Part shown: piece after piece, positions 1-13,518 of the stretch
Layout of the letters: every line of letters starts with the position of its first letter
Position numbering within the stretch: position 1 is the stretch's first letter
Assembly (NCBI RefSeq): GCF_036365525.1
Contig: NW_027140825.1
Location: forward strand, 558,001 to 622,000
From: Heterodontus francisci
Taxonomy: Eukaryota
DNA: 64,000 nt
Direction: 5' to 3'
The notes under the pieces: generated by a model
Database searches by the model: none
Told to the model about the DNA's origin: nothing
What the model saw: the letters and a program-made list of their open reading frames with translations, nothing else
Program-made: the position numbers and the translations under genes

Positions 1-439
1 CTCTGGATCTCTCCGGATGTTTCTCTCTCCATATCTATCTCTTATATGTTTGTACACACAGCAGTGAAGGATTACATCAAATTATTATATCTGACATTCT
101 CCCTTTCAATCCACCCCAACAATATCTCTCTCTCCAACCTTGTCCCTCTCTACAGCCCTCTCTCTCTGTCTGCATATCTAACCCTCTCTCCCTCTGTCTC
201 TCTCCTTGTGTCAGAGATAGCAGGAGGGAGAGACAGAGAGAGGAAGACAGAGAGAGAATGTTTAAGGAACTGTACTCTGTTCCTAAGCTGTGCTGAACCT
301 GCTCTCGGAGTGTTTGATGGGCTACATTAATCGGCCGTGTACAGTCCTGTATCAGGCTGTGAAGAAGCAGAGCATGTTCAGTACACAACGGGTCAAAGGG
401 AACGATTCACTCCTGTCTGCTACTGGGAAGAGAGACTGA

Positions 440-1145
440 CCTTAACATCAAGGCAGCGTTTGACCGAGTGTGGCATCGAGGAGCCCGAGTAAAACTGAAG
501 TCAGTGGGACTCCGCTGGTTGGAATCATACCGAGCACAAAGGAAGATGGTTGTGGTTGTTGGAGGTCAATCAGCTCAGTCCCAGGACATCACTGCAGGAT
601 TATATCAAATTAATATATCTTACATTCTCCCTTTCATTCCACCCCAACAATATCTCTCTCTCCAACCTTTGGGTAGTGTCCGAGGCCCAACCATCTTCAG
701 CTGCTTCCTCAATGACCTGCCCTCCATTGTAAGGTCAGAAGTGGGGATGTTCACTGATGATTGCACAGTGTTCAGTTCCATTTGCACCTCCTCAGATAAT
801 GAAATCCCAGCAGAAAATGCTGGAAATACTGAGCAGGTCAGGCAGCATCTGTGGAGAGAGAAACAGAGTTAGTGATTCAGCTCGATGGTTTCCAGATTTC
901 CAGCATCCACAGTAATTTGCCTCAGATAATGAAGCAATCCATAGCCACATGCACCAAGACCCGGACAACATTCAGGCTTGGGCCGACCAGTGGCAAGTAA
1001 CATTCACGTCACACAAGTGCCAGGCAATGAGCATCTGCAACAAGAGAGAATCCAACCACCTCCCCTTGGCATTCAAAGCATTATCCCATCGCTGAATCCC
1101 CCAGCATCAACATCCTGGGGAAACATTGACATCAAACTTAACTGA
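440..1145 (+). mobile_element. Degenerate LINE reverse-transcriptase fragment (CR1-clade, HER1-like), interrupted
   Basis: Translates to WHRGARVKLKS..WLESY..QRKMVVVVGGQ and GPTIFSCFLNDLP..MFTDD (RT motifs), with insertions and stops. Confidence 0.7.
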
Positions 1146-3106
1146 ATGGAAACAGCTTTTGACACATTTCCCAACACGTTTGCTACCAGTTTTCAGGATG
1201 AAGCTAAATTCAATTTACAGTTTGCAAGCTCCAAATTGAATCTTTATTAATTCCTTATTATCTTGAAAACATTCATCAAATGACCTCAGAACCTTCTAAA
1301 TTGCAGGGATACAGAGTAAAGCTCCAGCTACACTGTCCCATTAAACATTCCCAATCCAAGCACAATGTTGGGTTAGACACAGAGTAAATTTCCCTCTACA
1401 CTGTCCCATCATACACTCCCAGGGCAGGAACATCATGGGGTGGATACAGAGTGAATCTCACTCTACACTGTCTGAAACAGAGAGAGAGAGAGAGAAAGAG
1501 AGAAACAGAGAGACACAGACCGAGAGGGTGACTGAGAGTGAAAGAAGGATATTTAACATCGGACAGAGGAAGAGGAGGAGGCAATTTAACCCCTCAACCC
1601 TGTTCCAGCATTCAATGAGATCAGGGCTGATCTGTGATCTAACTAACACCATGTATTCCACCTTTGACCCTTATCTCTTAATACTTTTGGTTAACAAGAA
1701 TCTATCAATTCCAGAGTTAAAATTAACCAATAAGCCAGCATGAAATTTACACAACCAATATCATGAGGGTGTGATGGCTCCCACAGTGGAATAGCTTGCT
1801 GGATGTTTAAAATGGAGGCTATTCCTTCTGGATCATCAAATTCTCACCTTATTGTATCAACCAAAACCTGCAGGTCCATCTATTTCCTGTCTCTGCAAAG
1901 ATAGCTCACAGTTCCACAATGCAGGAATGTCTGAATGGAAACAGCTTTTGACACATTTCCCAACACGTTAGCTAACACTTTTCAGGATGAGAAGCTACAT
2001 TCGAAAGAATCCCAGGATCTGTCTCTCTGTCAAGTTTAAAACACTAACCTTACATTAGTGAGGAGTCAGTCTCTGATATAAATGTCCCAGTGCTGTGGTA
2101 ACATAAAATGCCCACTGAAAACCTAAAATGGCTGACTGATGTTCTGAGAGAGGAGGGAAAGAGAGACAGACAGACAGAAAGAGACACAAAGAGGGAGATC
2201 CAGACCGAGAGGGTGACCCAGACACCGAGAGTGATAGCAGGATATTTGTCAGAGGACAGAGGAAGAGGAGGAGGCCATTTGGCCCCTCAACCCTGTTCTG
2301 TCATTCAATGAGATCATGACTGATCTGTGATCTAACTCCATATACCTGTCTTTGCCCCATATCACTTCATACCTTTTGTCAGTAAAAATCCATCAATCTC
2401 AGATTGAAAAATGAACAAGTGTCTCAGCATCGATTGCTGTTTGTGGAAGAGAGTTCCAAACTGATACCACACCTGGTGTGTTGAAATGTTTCTTCATTTC
2501 AATCCTGAATGGTTTTTAGACTATGTTTAGATTTTTAGACTATGTTCACAAGTTCTAGACTCTGCAGCCAGTAGGAATAGTTTCTCTCTGTCTACCCGAT
2601 CAGTTTCCCTTAATATTCTGAAAACTTTGATCAAATCGCCCCTTAATCTTCTAAATTCCAGGGATACAGAGTAAAGCTCCATCTACACTGTCCCATTAAA
2701 CATTCCCAAGCCAAGCACAGTGTGGGGTGAGACAGAGTAAATTTCCCTCTGCACTGTCCCATCATACACTCCCAGGGCAGGGGCAGCATGGGGTTAGATA
2801 CAGAGTAAAGACAGGGCCTATTATATTATAAACAGAGAAATGGTCTTGTGCAGTACAAACTGAGACCGGGTGAAACGCAGCAGAAGCAGAGACACACACA
2901 CAGATACAGACACTGATTCACACACAAACCGACACACAGAGACTGCAAAATCTACACATCAGTAAAAATCAACCAACAGACCCTTCATAAAATATTCCCA
3001 TGTTCTGTCCAATCTGGTGTTGGGGGTTTCGTGTTCTTGTGTGTTCCATTTCACCAGACCGCCTCTATCAGGGAGGTTATGCTGAACATTTATAAAGTTC
3101 GGATTA

Positions 3107-3982
3107 GGTAACAGAGAGGGAGAGACTGGGATTCAGAGGGTAACAGAGAGGGAGAGACTGGGATTCAGAGGGTAACAGAGAGGGAGAGACTGGGATTCAG
3201 AGGGTAACAGAGGGGGAGAGACTGGGATTCAGAGGGTAACAGAGAGGGAGAGACTGGGATTCAGAGGGTAACAGAGGGGCAGAGACTGGGATTCAGTGGG
3301 TAACAGAGAGGGAGAGACTGGGATTCAGAGGGTAACAGAGGGGGAGAGACTGGGATTCAGAGAGTAACAGAGAGGGAGAGACTGGGATTCAGAGGGTAAC
3401 AGAGAGGGAGAGACTGAGATTCAGAGGATAACAGAGGGGCAGAGACTGGGATTCAGAGGGTAACAGAGAGGGAGAGACTGGGATTCAGAGGGTAACAGAG
3501 AGGGAGAGACTGGGATTCAGAGGGTAACAGAGAGGGAGAGACTGGGATTCAGAGGGTAACAGAGGGGGAGAGACTGGGATTCAGAGGGTAACAGAGAGGG
3601 AGAGACTGGGATTCAGAGGGTAACAGAGGGGCAGAGACTGGGATTCAGAGGGTAACAGAGAGGGAGAGACTGGGATTCAGTGGGTAACAGAGAGGGATAG
3701 ACTGGGATTCAGAGGGTAACAGAGAGGGAGAGACTGGGATTCAGTGGGTAACAGAGAGGGAGAGACTGGGATTCAGAGGGTAACAGAGGGGGAGAGACTG
3801 GGATTCAGAGGGTAACAGAGAGGGAGAGACTGGGATTCAGAGGGTAACAGAGGGGGAGAGACTGGGATTCAGAGGGTAACAGAGAGGGAGAGACTAGGAT
3901 TCAGAGGGTAACAGAGAGGGAGAGACTGGGATTCAGAGGGTAACAGAGAGGGAGAGACTGGGATTCAGAGGGTAACAGAGAA
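3107..3982. repeat. 32-bp minisatellite, ~27 units
   Basis: Unit taacagagagggagagactgggattcagaggg; period 32 (3141 to 3173). Confidence 0.95.
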
Positions 3983-4016
3983 TACAGGTCCAATTTACTC
4001 AGTCTCTCATCCTAGG

Positions 4017-4760
4017 ACAATGGTAGAGAAACTAAACAAATACTTTGTGTCTGTCTACACAGAGGAACATACTGAAAACCTCGCAGAAATAATGGAGAAT
4101 CAGGGAACTAGTGTCAATGATGAACTGCAAGGTAGAAATATTAGTAAAAAAAAGTACGAGACAAATGAATGGGTCTGAAAGTAAATAAATCCCCTGGACC
4201 TGATGATCTACATCCCAGAGCGTTGAAAGAGGTGGCTGTAGAGATAGTTGATGTATTGGTGGTCATCTTTCAAAATTCAATAGACTCTGGAATGGTTCCT
4301 GCAGATTGGAAGGTAGCAATTGTAACCTCACTATTTACAAAAGGAGGGAGAGAGAAAATGGGGAATTACGGACCTGTTAGTCTAACATCAGTCATAGGGA
4401 AAATTCTCAAATCTATAATAAAGGATGTGATAAGCAGACACTTCGAAAATAATGGTAGGAATGGTCAGAGTAAACATGGATTTATGAAAGGGAAATCATC
4501 TTTAACAAACCTGTTGGAGTTTTTTTGAGGACGTAACTAGCGGAATAGATAAGGGGGAACCGGTGGATGTGATAGATTTAGATTTTCAGAAAGCTTTTGA
4601 TAAGATCCCACACAAGAGGTTAGTAAACAAAATGAGAGCACATGGGATTGGGGGGAAGATACTGGCATGGATTGAGAACTGGTTAATGGACAGGAAACAG
4701 AGAGTAGGAATAAATGGGTCATTTTCAGGTTGGCAGGCTGTGACTAGTGGGACACTGCAA
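4017..4760 (+). mobile_element. CR1 LINE ORF2 fragment, frameshifted
   Basis: KSPGPDDLHPR..DWKVA..YGPVSLTSV..HGFMKGKS..LDFQKAFDKIPH. Confidence 0.9.
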
Positions 4761-5809
4761 AGAGAGAGAGATAGAGAGAGGGGAGAGAGAGAGGGAGAGA
4801 AAGTGGTGTTGAAAGAGGGAGAGACACAGCGAGTGAGGGGGAGAGGCAGAGGGCGAGGTGGAGAGGTAGTGAGAGAAAGGTGGGATGGATCACACAGCTG
4901 AATAGCTCTCTAGATGTTACACAGAATTGAGAGGCAGATCTCCAGTGTACAGTCACTGGGATGGTGTGGAGATAGATTTGACCCCTGTATCCACTGATCC
5001 GCAGCTGGGAATGTTATCACTATAGGAAGCTTCCTTCCACCCCATTGGTGCCAATGTACTGATGGTTTCCTGTTTGATAAAAACTGACCAGGTCAGGGTT
5101 CTCTCTGGTCCCCCCTAAACCCTCCCGCCAGCCTTGGAATGACTCAAGGATTCATGTCTAATGGAACCGGCCAATGGAGAGAATTTCTCTCTTCGCTGAT
5201 GGGTTAAGAAAGCAGATGGGATCCTGAGCTTTATAAACAGAGATCGAGAGTGCAAAAGTCAGGAAGTGATGCTCAACCTTTATAAAATAATAGTTTGTCC
5301 CCAGTTGGAGTATTGTGTCCAATTCTGGGACCACACTTTTGGAAGGACATGGAGGCTTTGGTGAATGTATAGAAGAGATTTACTGGAACGGTTCCTGGAT
5401 GAGATTATTACAGTTACACTGATAGACTGGAGAAGCTGGGCTTGTTCTCCTTAGAGCAGAGAAGATTAAAAGGAGATTTCCCTTTCGTGAAACCATGTTG
5501 ACTTTGTTTGATGACACTATGACATATTTCTCAAGAGTGTGCAGGTACAGAGGGAGCTGGAGGTTCACGAGCAGTGATCTTTGAAGGCGGCAGCACTGAG
5601 TAAGAGAGTAATTAGCGAAACATATGTGATGTTGGTCTTCAGAGAGGCAGAGAGAGAGAGGGAGGGAGAGATGGGCAGAAAGAGGGAGGGAGAGATGGGC
5701 AGAGACAGGCAGATTGTAGAACTTTTACATCTAACTGCGTTAAAAAATATCACAAATTTAAAGGGACTGTGCACTGATAAAGATGGCCACACACAACAAC
5801 TAAAGTCAC

Positions 5810-6010
5810 ACACCATCCTGACTTGGAACGATATTGCACTGTGTTACAATCCTGGAACTCCCTTCCGAACAGCACTGTGGGTCTACCTACCCCACATGGA
5901 CTGCAGTGGTTCAAGAACATGGCTCACCACCACCTTCTCAAGGGAAATTAGTGATGGACAATAAATGCTGGCCTGGCCAGTGACACACACCTCACTCCAA
6001 TCAATTTAAA
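5810..6010 (+). mobile_element. HE1 SINE / HER1 LINE-like 3' tail
   Basis: ggactgcagtggttcaag..ctcaccaccaccttctcaaggg..aataaatgctggcc; family recognised from memory. Confidence 0.6.
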
Positions 6011-6953
6011 AATTAAAATTCAGCACCGAGTCACGTAAGGAGTTATTAGGCAAGACGACCAAAATCCTGGTCAAAGAGCTTGGATTGAGGGAGCGTCTTC
6101 AAAGAGGGAAGAGAGTTACTGAGACGGAGAGGTTTAGGAAAGGAATTCCAGAGTTCGGGCCTTGGCAGTTTGAAGGCCCGGCCACCAATGGTGGAACGAT
6201 TCAAATTGGGGATGTTCAAGAGGCCAGAATTAGCGGATCACAGATATTGGAGGATTGTGGAGCTGGAGGAGATTGCAGAGATAGGGAGGGGTTATTTGTG
6301 GAAGACAATTCCAAAATTCTACCACCCTTTGTGTGTAGAAATGTTTATAGATTTCAGCCTGAAAGAATTTTAGATTAATTTTCTATTTTTAGACTGTGCC
6401 CCTCGTCCCAGGTTCCCCCAACCAGTGAGAAGATTTTCTCTCTCTCTACCCCATCAGCTTCCAGGATTATCTTATAAACTTTGATCAAATCACCCCTTAA
6501 TCTTCTAAATTCCAGGGATACAGAGTAAAGCTCCATCTACACTGTCCCATTAAACATTCCCAAGCCAAGCACAGTGTGGGGTGAGACAGAGTAAATTTCC
6601 CTCTGCACTGTCCCATCATACACTCCCAGGGCAGGGGCAGCATGGGGTTAGATACAGAGTAAAGACAGGGCCTATTGTATTATAAACAGAGAAATGGTCT
6701 TGTGCAGTACAAACTGAGACCGGGTGAAACGCAGCAGAAGCAGAGACACACACACAGATACAGACACTGATTCACACACAAACCGACACACACAGACTGC
6801 AAAATCGACACATCAGTAAAAATCAACCAACAGACCCTTCATAAAATATTCCCATGTTCTGTCCAATCTGGTGTTGGGGGTTTCGTGTTCTTGTGTGTTC
6901 CATTTCAACCTCTATCAGGGAGGTTATGCTGAACATTTATAAAGTTCGGATTA

Positions 6954-9046
6954 GGTAACAGAGAGGGAGAGACTGGGATTCAGAGGATAACAGAGAGGGA
7001 GAGACTGGGATTCAGAGGGTAACAGAGAGGGAGAGACTGGGATTCAGAGGGTAACAGAGAGGGAGAGACTGGGATTCAGAGGGTAACAGAGAGGGAGAGA
7101 CTGTGATTCGGAGGGTAACAGAGGGGGAGAGACTGGGATTCAGAGGGTAACAGAGGGGCAGAGACTGGGATTCAGAGGGTAACAGAGAGGGAGAGACTGG
7201 GATTCAGAGGATAACAGAGAGGGAGAGACTGGGATTCAGAGGGTAACAGAGAGGGAGAGACTGGGATTCAGAGGGTAACAGAGAGGGAGAGACTGTGATT
7301 CGGAGGGTAACAGAGGGGGAGAGACTGGGATTCAGAGGGTAACAGAGAGGGAGAGACTGGGATTTGGAGGGTAACAGAGAGGGAGAGACTGGGATTTGGA
7401 GGGTAACAGAGAGGGAGAGACTGGGATTCAGAGGGTAACAGAGAGGGAGAGACTGTGATTCGGAGGGTAACAGAGAGGGAGAGACTGGGATTCAGAGGGT
7501 AACAGAGAGGGAGAGACTGGGATTCAGAGGGTAACAGAGAGAGAGAGACTGGGTTCGGAAGGTAATAGAGAGAGAGAGAGACTGGGATTCAGAGGGTAAC
7601 AGAGAGGGAGAGACTGGGATTCAGAGGTTAACAGAGAGGGAGAGACTGGGATTCAGAGGGTAACAGAGAGGGAGAGACTGGGATTCAGAGGGTAACAGAG
7701 AGGGAGAGACTGGGATTCAGAGGGTAACAGAGAGGGAGCGACTGTGATTCAGAGAGTAACAGAGAGGGAGAGACTGGGATTCAGAGGGTAACAGAGAGGG
7801 AGAGACTGGGATTCAGAGGGAAACAGAGAGGGAGAGACTGGGATTCAGAGGGTAACAGAGAGAGAGAGACTGGGTTCGGAAGGTAATAGAGAGAGAGAGA
7901 GACTGGGATTCAGAGGGTAACAGAGAGGGAGAGACTGGGATTCAGAGGTAACGAAGAGGGAGAGACTGGGATTCAGAGGGTAACAGAGAGGGAGAGACTG
8001 GGATTCAGAGGGTAACAGAGAGAGAGAGACTGGGTTCGGAAGGTAATAGAGAGAGAGAGAGACTGGGATTCAGAGGGGAACAGAGAGGGAGAGACTGGGA
8101 TTCAGAGGTAACGAAGAGGGAGAGACTGGGATTCAGAGGATAACAGAGAGGGAGAGACTGGGATTCAGAGGGTAACAGAGAGGGAGAGACTGGGATTCAG
8201 AGGATAACAGAGAGGGAGAGACTGGGATTCAGAGGGTAACAGAGAGGGAGAGACTGGGATTCAGAGGGTAACAGAGAGGGAGAGACTGGGATTCAGTGGG
8301 TAACAGAGGGGCAGAGACTGGGATTCAGAGGGTAACAGAGAGGGAGAGACTGGGATTCAGAGGGTAACAGAGAGGGAGAGACTGGGATTCAGAGGGTAAC
8401 AGAGATGGAGAGACTGGGATTCAGAGGGTAACAGAGAGGGAGAGACTGGGATTCAGAGGGTAACAGAGGGGGAGAGACTGGGATTCAGAGGGTAACAGAG
8501 GGGCAGAGACTGGGATTCAGAGGGTAACAGAGAGGGAGAGACTGGGATTCAGAGGGTAACAGAGGGGCAGAGACTGGGATTCAGAGGGTAACAGAGGGGC
8601 AGAGACTGGGATTCCGTGGGTAACAGAGAGGGAGAGACTGGGATTCAGAGGGTAACAGAGGGGCAGAGACTGGGATTCAGAGGGTAACAGAGAGGGAGAG
8701 ACTGGGATTCAGAGAGTAACAGAGAGGGAGAGACTGGGATTCAATGGGTAACAGAGAGGGAGAGACTGGGATTCAGAGAGTAACAGAGAGGGGGAAACTG
8801 GGATTCAGAGGATAACAGAGAGGGAGAGACTGGGATTCAGAGGGTAACAGAGAGGGAGAGACTGGGATTCAGAGAGTAACAGAGAGGGAGAGACTGGGAT
8901 TCAGAGGGTAACAGAGAGGGAGAGACTGGGATTCAGAGGGTAACAGAGAGGGAGAGACTGGGATTCAGAGGGTAACAGAGAGGGAGAGACTGGGATTCAG
9001 AGAGTAACAGAGGGGCAGAGACTGGGATTCAGAGGGTAACAGAGAA
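6954..9046. repeat. 32-bp minisatellite, ~65 units
   Basis: Same unit as 3107-3982. Confidence 0.95.
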
Positions 9047-9464
9047 TACAGGTCCAATTGACTCAGTCTCTCATCCTAGGACAATGGTAGAGAAACTAAA
9101 CAAATACTTTGTGTCTGTCTACACAGAGGAACATACTGAAAACCTCCCAGAAATAATGGAGAATCAGGGAACTAGTGTCAATGATGAACTGCAAAATATA
9201 AATATTAGTAAAAAAAAGTACGAGACAAATGAATGGGTCTGAAAGTAAATAAATCCCCTGGACCTGATGATCTACATCCCAGAGTGTTGAAAGAGGTGGC
9301 TGTAGAGATAGTTGATGTATTGGTGGTCATCTTTCAAAATTCAATAGACTCTGGAATGGTTCCTGCAGATTGGAAGGTAGCAATTGTAACCTCACTATTT
9401 ACAAAAGGAGGGAGAGAGAAAATGGGGAACTACGGACCTGTTAGTCTAACATCAGTCATAGGGA

Positions 9465-11456
9465 TGTTGGGCCAACCATCAAGAAGATCACCCCCCTCAA
9501 ATCTAAATCGGGGGACATAATCACTGACCAACGCAAACAGATGGACCGCTGGGTTGAGCACTACCTAGAACTGTACTCCAGGGAGAATGCTGTCACTGAG
9601 ACTGCCCTCAATGCAGCCCAGCCTCTACCAGTCATGGATGAGCTGGACATACAGCCAACCAAATCGGAACTCAGTGATGCCATTGATTCCCTAGCCAGCG
9701 GAAAAGCCCCTGGGAAGGACAGCATTACCCCTGAAATAATCAAGAGTGCCAAGCCTGCTATACTCTCAGCACTACATGAACTGCTATGCCTGTGCTGGGA
9801 CGAGGGAGCAGTACCCCAGGACATGCGCGATGCCAACATCATCACCCTCTATAAAAACAAAGGTGACCGCGGTGACTGCAACAACTACCGTGGAATCTCC
9901 CTGCTCAGCATAGTGGGGAAAGTCTTTGCTCGAGTCGCTCTGAACAGGCTCCAGAAGCTGGCCGAGCGCGTCTACCCTGAGGCACAGTGTGGCTTTCGTG
10001 CAGAGAGATCGACTATTGACATGCTGTTCTCCCTTCGTCAGATACAGGAGAAATGCCGTGAACAACAGATGCCCCTCTACATTGCTTTCATTGATCTCAC
10101 CAAAGCCTTTGACCTCGTCAGCAGACGTGGTCTCTTCAGACTACTAGAAAAGATCGGATGTCCACCAAAGCTACTAAGTATCATCACCTCATTCCATGAC
10201 AATATGAAAGGCACAATTCAACATGGTGGCTCCTCATCAGAGCCCTTTCCTATCCTGAGTGGTGTGAAACAGGGCTGTGTTCTCGCACCCACACTTTTTG
10301 GGATTTTCTTCTCCCTGCTGCTTTCACATGCGTTCAAATCCTCTGAAGAAGGAATTTTCCTCCACACAAGATCAGGGGGCAGGTTGTTCAACCTTGCCCG
10401 TCTAAGAGCGAAGTCCAAAGTACGGAAAGTCCTCATCAGAGAACTCCTCTTTGCTGACGATGCTGCTTTAACATCTCACACTGAAGAATGCCTGCAGAGT
10501 CTCATCGACAGGTTTGCGTCTGCCTGCAATGAATTTGGCCTAACCATCAGCCTCAAGAAAACGAACATCATGGGGCAGGATGTCAGAAATGCTCCATCCA
10601 TCAATATTGGCGACCACGCTCTGGAAGTGGTTCAAGAGTTCACCTACCTAGGCTCAACTATCACCAGTAACCTGTCTCTAGATGCAGAAATCAACAAGCG
10701 CATGGGTAAGGCTTCCACTGCTATGTTCAGACTGGCCAAGAGAGTGTGGGAAAATGGCGCACTGACACGGAACACAAAAGTCCGAGTGTATCAGGCCTGT
10801 GTCCTCAGTACCTTGCTCTACGGCAGCGAGGCCTGGACAACGTATGCCAGCCAAGAGCGACGTCTCAATTCATTCCATCTTCGCTGCCTTCGGAGAATAC
10901 TTGGCATCAGGTGGCAGGACTATATCTCCAACACAGAAGTCCTTAAAGCGGCCAACATCCCCAGCTTATACACACTACTGAGTCAGCGGCGCTTGAGATG
11001 GCTTGGCCATGTGAGCCGCATGGAAGATGGCAGGATCCCCAAAGACACATTGTACAGCGAGCTCGCCACTGGTATCAGACCCACCGGCCGTCCATGTCTC
11101 CGTTATAAAGACGTCTGCAAACGCGACATGAAATCGTGTGACATTGATCACAAGTCGTGGGAGTCAGTTGCCAGCATTCGCCAGAGCTGGCGGGCAGCCA
11201 TAAAGACAGGGCTAAATTGTGGCGAGTCGAAGAGACTTAGTAGTTGGCAGGAAAAAAGACAGAGGCGCAAGGGGAGAGCCAACTGTGCAACAGCCCCAAC
11301 AAACAAATTTCTCTGCAGCACCTGTGGAAGAGCCTGTCACTCCAGAATTGGCCTTTATAGCCACTCCAGGCGCTGCTTCACAAACCACTGACCACCTCCA
11401 GGCGCGTATCCATTGTCTCTCGAGATAAGGAGGCCCAAAAGAAAGAAAAAAAAAGA
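9465..11456 (+). mobile_element. 5'-truncated RTE-clade non-LTR retrotransposon, young
   Basis: 11-bp TSD agtcataggga at 9454-9464 and 11457-11467; A-rich tail; empty site in copy A at ~4390. Confidence 0.93.
9541..11391 (+). CDS. RTE reverse transcriptase ORF, N-terminally truncated (frame open from 9466)
   Basis: 616-aa uninterrupted ORF: YRGISLLS, QCGFR, FIDLTKAFD, GVKQGCVLAP, LLFADD, YLGS, C-terminal CxxC..HxxxC. Confidence 0.92.
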   Translation: MDRWVEHYLELYSRENAVTETALNAAQPLPVMDELDIQPTKSELSDAIDSLASGKAPGKDSITPEIIKSAKPAILSALHELLCLCWDEGAVPQDMRDANIITLYKNKGDRGDCNNYRGISLLSIVGKVFARVALNRLQKLAERVYPEAQCGFRAERSTIDMLFSLRQIQEKCREQQMPLYIAFIDLTKAFDLVSRRGLFRLLEKIGCPPKLLSIITSFHDNMKGTIQHGGSSSEPFPILSGVKQGCVLAPTLFGIFFSLLLSHAFKSSEEGIFLHTRSGGRLFNLARLRAKSKVRKVLIRELLFADDAALTSHTEECLQSLIDRFASACNEFGLTISLKKTNIMGQDVRNAPSINIGDHALEVVQEFTYLGSTITSNLSLDAEINKRMGKASTAMFRLAKRVWENGALTRNTKVRVYQACVLSTLLYGSEAWTTYASQERRLNSFHLRCLRRILGIRWQDYISNTEVLKAANIPSLYTLLSQRRLRWLGHVSRMEDGRIPKDTLYSELATGIRPTGRPCLRYKDVCKRDMKSCDIDHKSWESVASIRQSWRAAIKTGLNCGESKRLSSWQEKRQRRKGRANCATAPTNKFLCSTCGRACHSRIGLYSHSRRCFTNH

Positions 11457-13301
11457 AGTCATAGGGAAAATTCTCAAATCTATAATAAAGGATGTGATAA
11501 GCAGACACTTCGAAAATAATGGTAGGAATGGTCAGAATAAACATGGATTTATGAAAGGGAAATCATCTTTAACAAACCTGTTGGAGTTTTTTTGAGGACG
11601 TAACTAGCGGAATAGATAAGGGGGAACCGGTGGATGTGATAGATTTAGATTTTCAGAAAGCTTTTGATAAGATCCCACACAAGAGGTTAGTAAACAAAAT
11701 GAGAGCACATGGGATTGGGGGGAAGATACTGGCATGGATTGAGAACTGGTTAATGGACAGGAAACAGAGAGTAGGAATAAATGGGTCATTTTCAGGTTGG
11801 CAGGCTGTGACTAGTGGGACACTGCAAAGAGAGAGAGATAGAGAGAGGGGAGAGAGAGAGGGAGAGAAAGTGATGTTGAAAGAGGGAGAGACACAGCGAG
11901 TGAGGGGGAGAGGCAGAGGGTGAGGTGGACAGGTAGTGAGAGAAAGGTGGGATGGATCACACAGCTGAATAGCTCTCTAGATGTTACACAGAATTGACAG
12001 GCAGATCTCCAGTGTACAGTCACTGGGATGGTGTGGAGATGGATTTGACCCCTGTATCCACTGATCCGCAGCTGGGAATGTTATCACGATAGGAAGCTTC
12101 CTTCCACCCCATTGGTGCCAATGTACTGATGGTTTCCTGTTTGATAAAAACTGACCAGGTCAGGGTTCTCTCTGGTCTCCCCTAAACCCTCCCGCCAGCC
12201 TTGGAATGACTCAAGGATTCATGTCTAATGGAACCGGTCAATGGAGAGAATTTCTCTCTTCGCTGATGGGTTAATAAAGCAGATGGGATCCTGAGCTTTA
12301 TAAACAGAGGTCTAGAGTGTAAAAGTCAGGAAGTGATGTTAAACCTTTATAAAATAATAGTTTGTCCCCAGTTGCAGTATTGTGTCCAATTCTGGGACCA
12401 CACTTTAGGAAGGACATGGAGGCTTTGCTGAATGTAAAGAAGAGATTTACTGGAACGGTTCCTGGATGAGATTATTACAGTTACACTGATAGACTGGAGA
12501 AGCTGGGCTTGTTCTCCTTAGAGCAGAGAAAATTAAAAGGAGATTTCCCTTTCGTGAAACCATGTTGACTTTGTTTGATGACACTATGACATATTTCTCA
12601 AGAGTGTGCAGGTACAGAGGGAGCTGGAGGTTCACGAGCAGTGATCTTTGAAGGCGGCAGCACTTAGTAAGAGAGTAATTGGCGAAACATACGTGATATT
12701 GGTCTTCAGAGAGGCAGAGAGAGAGAGCGAGGGAGAGACAGGCAGAAAGAGGGAGGGAGAGATGGGTAGAAAGAGGGAGGGAGAGACAGATTCTGAGAAG
12801 AGAGAGAGACAGACAGGCAGAGAGAGAGAGAGAGTGACTCTGATTTAGAGAGAGGGAGAGAGACAGGCACAGAGAGAGAGACACACAGATTGAGAGAGAG
12901 AGAGACAGGCACACAGAGAGCAGGAGAAAGACAGGGAGAGGGGTGTTTGAGATTTTCAAACTGCAGGAATGTTCCTCTTTCTGGGATCTCTAAACTTACA
13001 TCACTAAAAACAGATTATCTGCATGTTATCATATTGCTGCCTGTGGGATCTTGCTGTGCACACAGTGCCTGCATTGCAACACTGAAGACCACTTTCAAAA
13101 TTAATTCATTGAGTGTCAACTGCTCCTGAGGGCCAATAATTACAAGAGTTGAACGTGAAGCTGTATAAAGGCTTGTGAAAAGTTGAAAGAAGTTTAGTGT
13201 GAAGGTTTTAGGGGGGAGTGTTGGATCAGTGTTTGATATTTTCAAACTGCAGGGAAAGCATTAAAGGTTTAAAATTAACCAAGAAATGGCTGAAAGCATT
13301 G

Positions 13302-13518
13302 CTGTCCTGGGATTAACATATCAATGGACTGGAAGAGTCAGGAAGGTCCTGTCCTGGGATTAACATATCAATGGACTGGAAGAGTCAGGAAGGTCCTGTC
13401 CTGGGATTAACATATCAATGGACTGGAAGAGTCAGGAAGGTCCTGTCCTGGGATTAACATATCAATGGACTGGAAGAGTCAGGAAGGTCCTGTCCTGGGA
13501 TTAACATATCAATGGACA
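13302..13518. repeat. 47-bp tandem repeat, ~4.5 near-identical units
   Basis: gtcctgggattaacatatcaatggactggaagagtcaggaaggtcct; gattaac at 13311, 13358, 13405, 13452, 13499. Confidence 0.95.

Larger units (their letters stand above)
2622..5705. repeat. Local duplication, copy A (copy B at ~6477-12790)
   Basis: Same order of near-identical sequence in both copies: flank, 32-bp minisatellite, CR1 fragment, unique block, CR1 3' fragment. Confidence 0.9.
9081..11827 (+). mobile_element. CR1 ORF2 fragment (copy of 4017-4760) split by an RTE insertion
   Basis: CR1 sequence stops at ..PVSLTSVIG (9464) and resumes at VIGKILKS (11457). Confidence 0.9.
6477..12790. repeat. Local duplication, copy B (expanded minisatellite plus RTE insertion)
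   Basis: Colinear with 2622-5705. Confidence 0.9.

Noticed and set aside
3107-9046. Regular ~32-bp repeats as CRISPR arrays
   Set aside because: No unique spacers; vertebrate DNA
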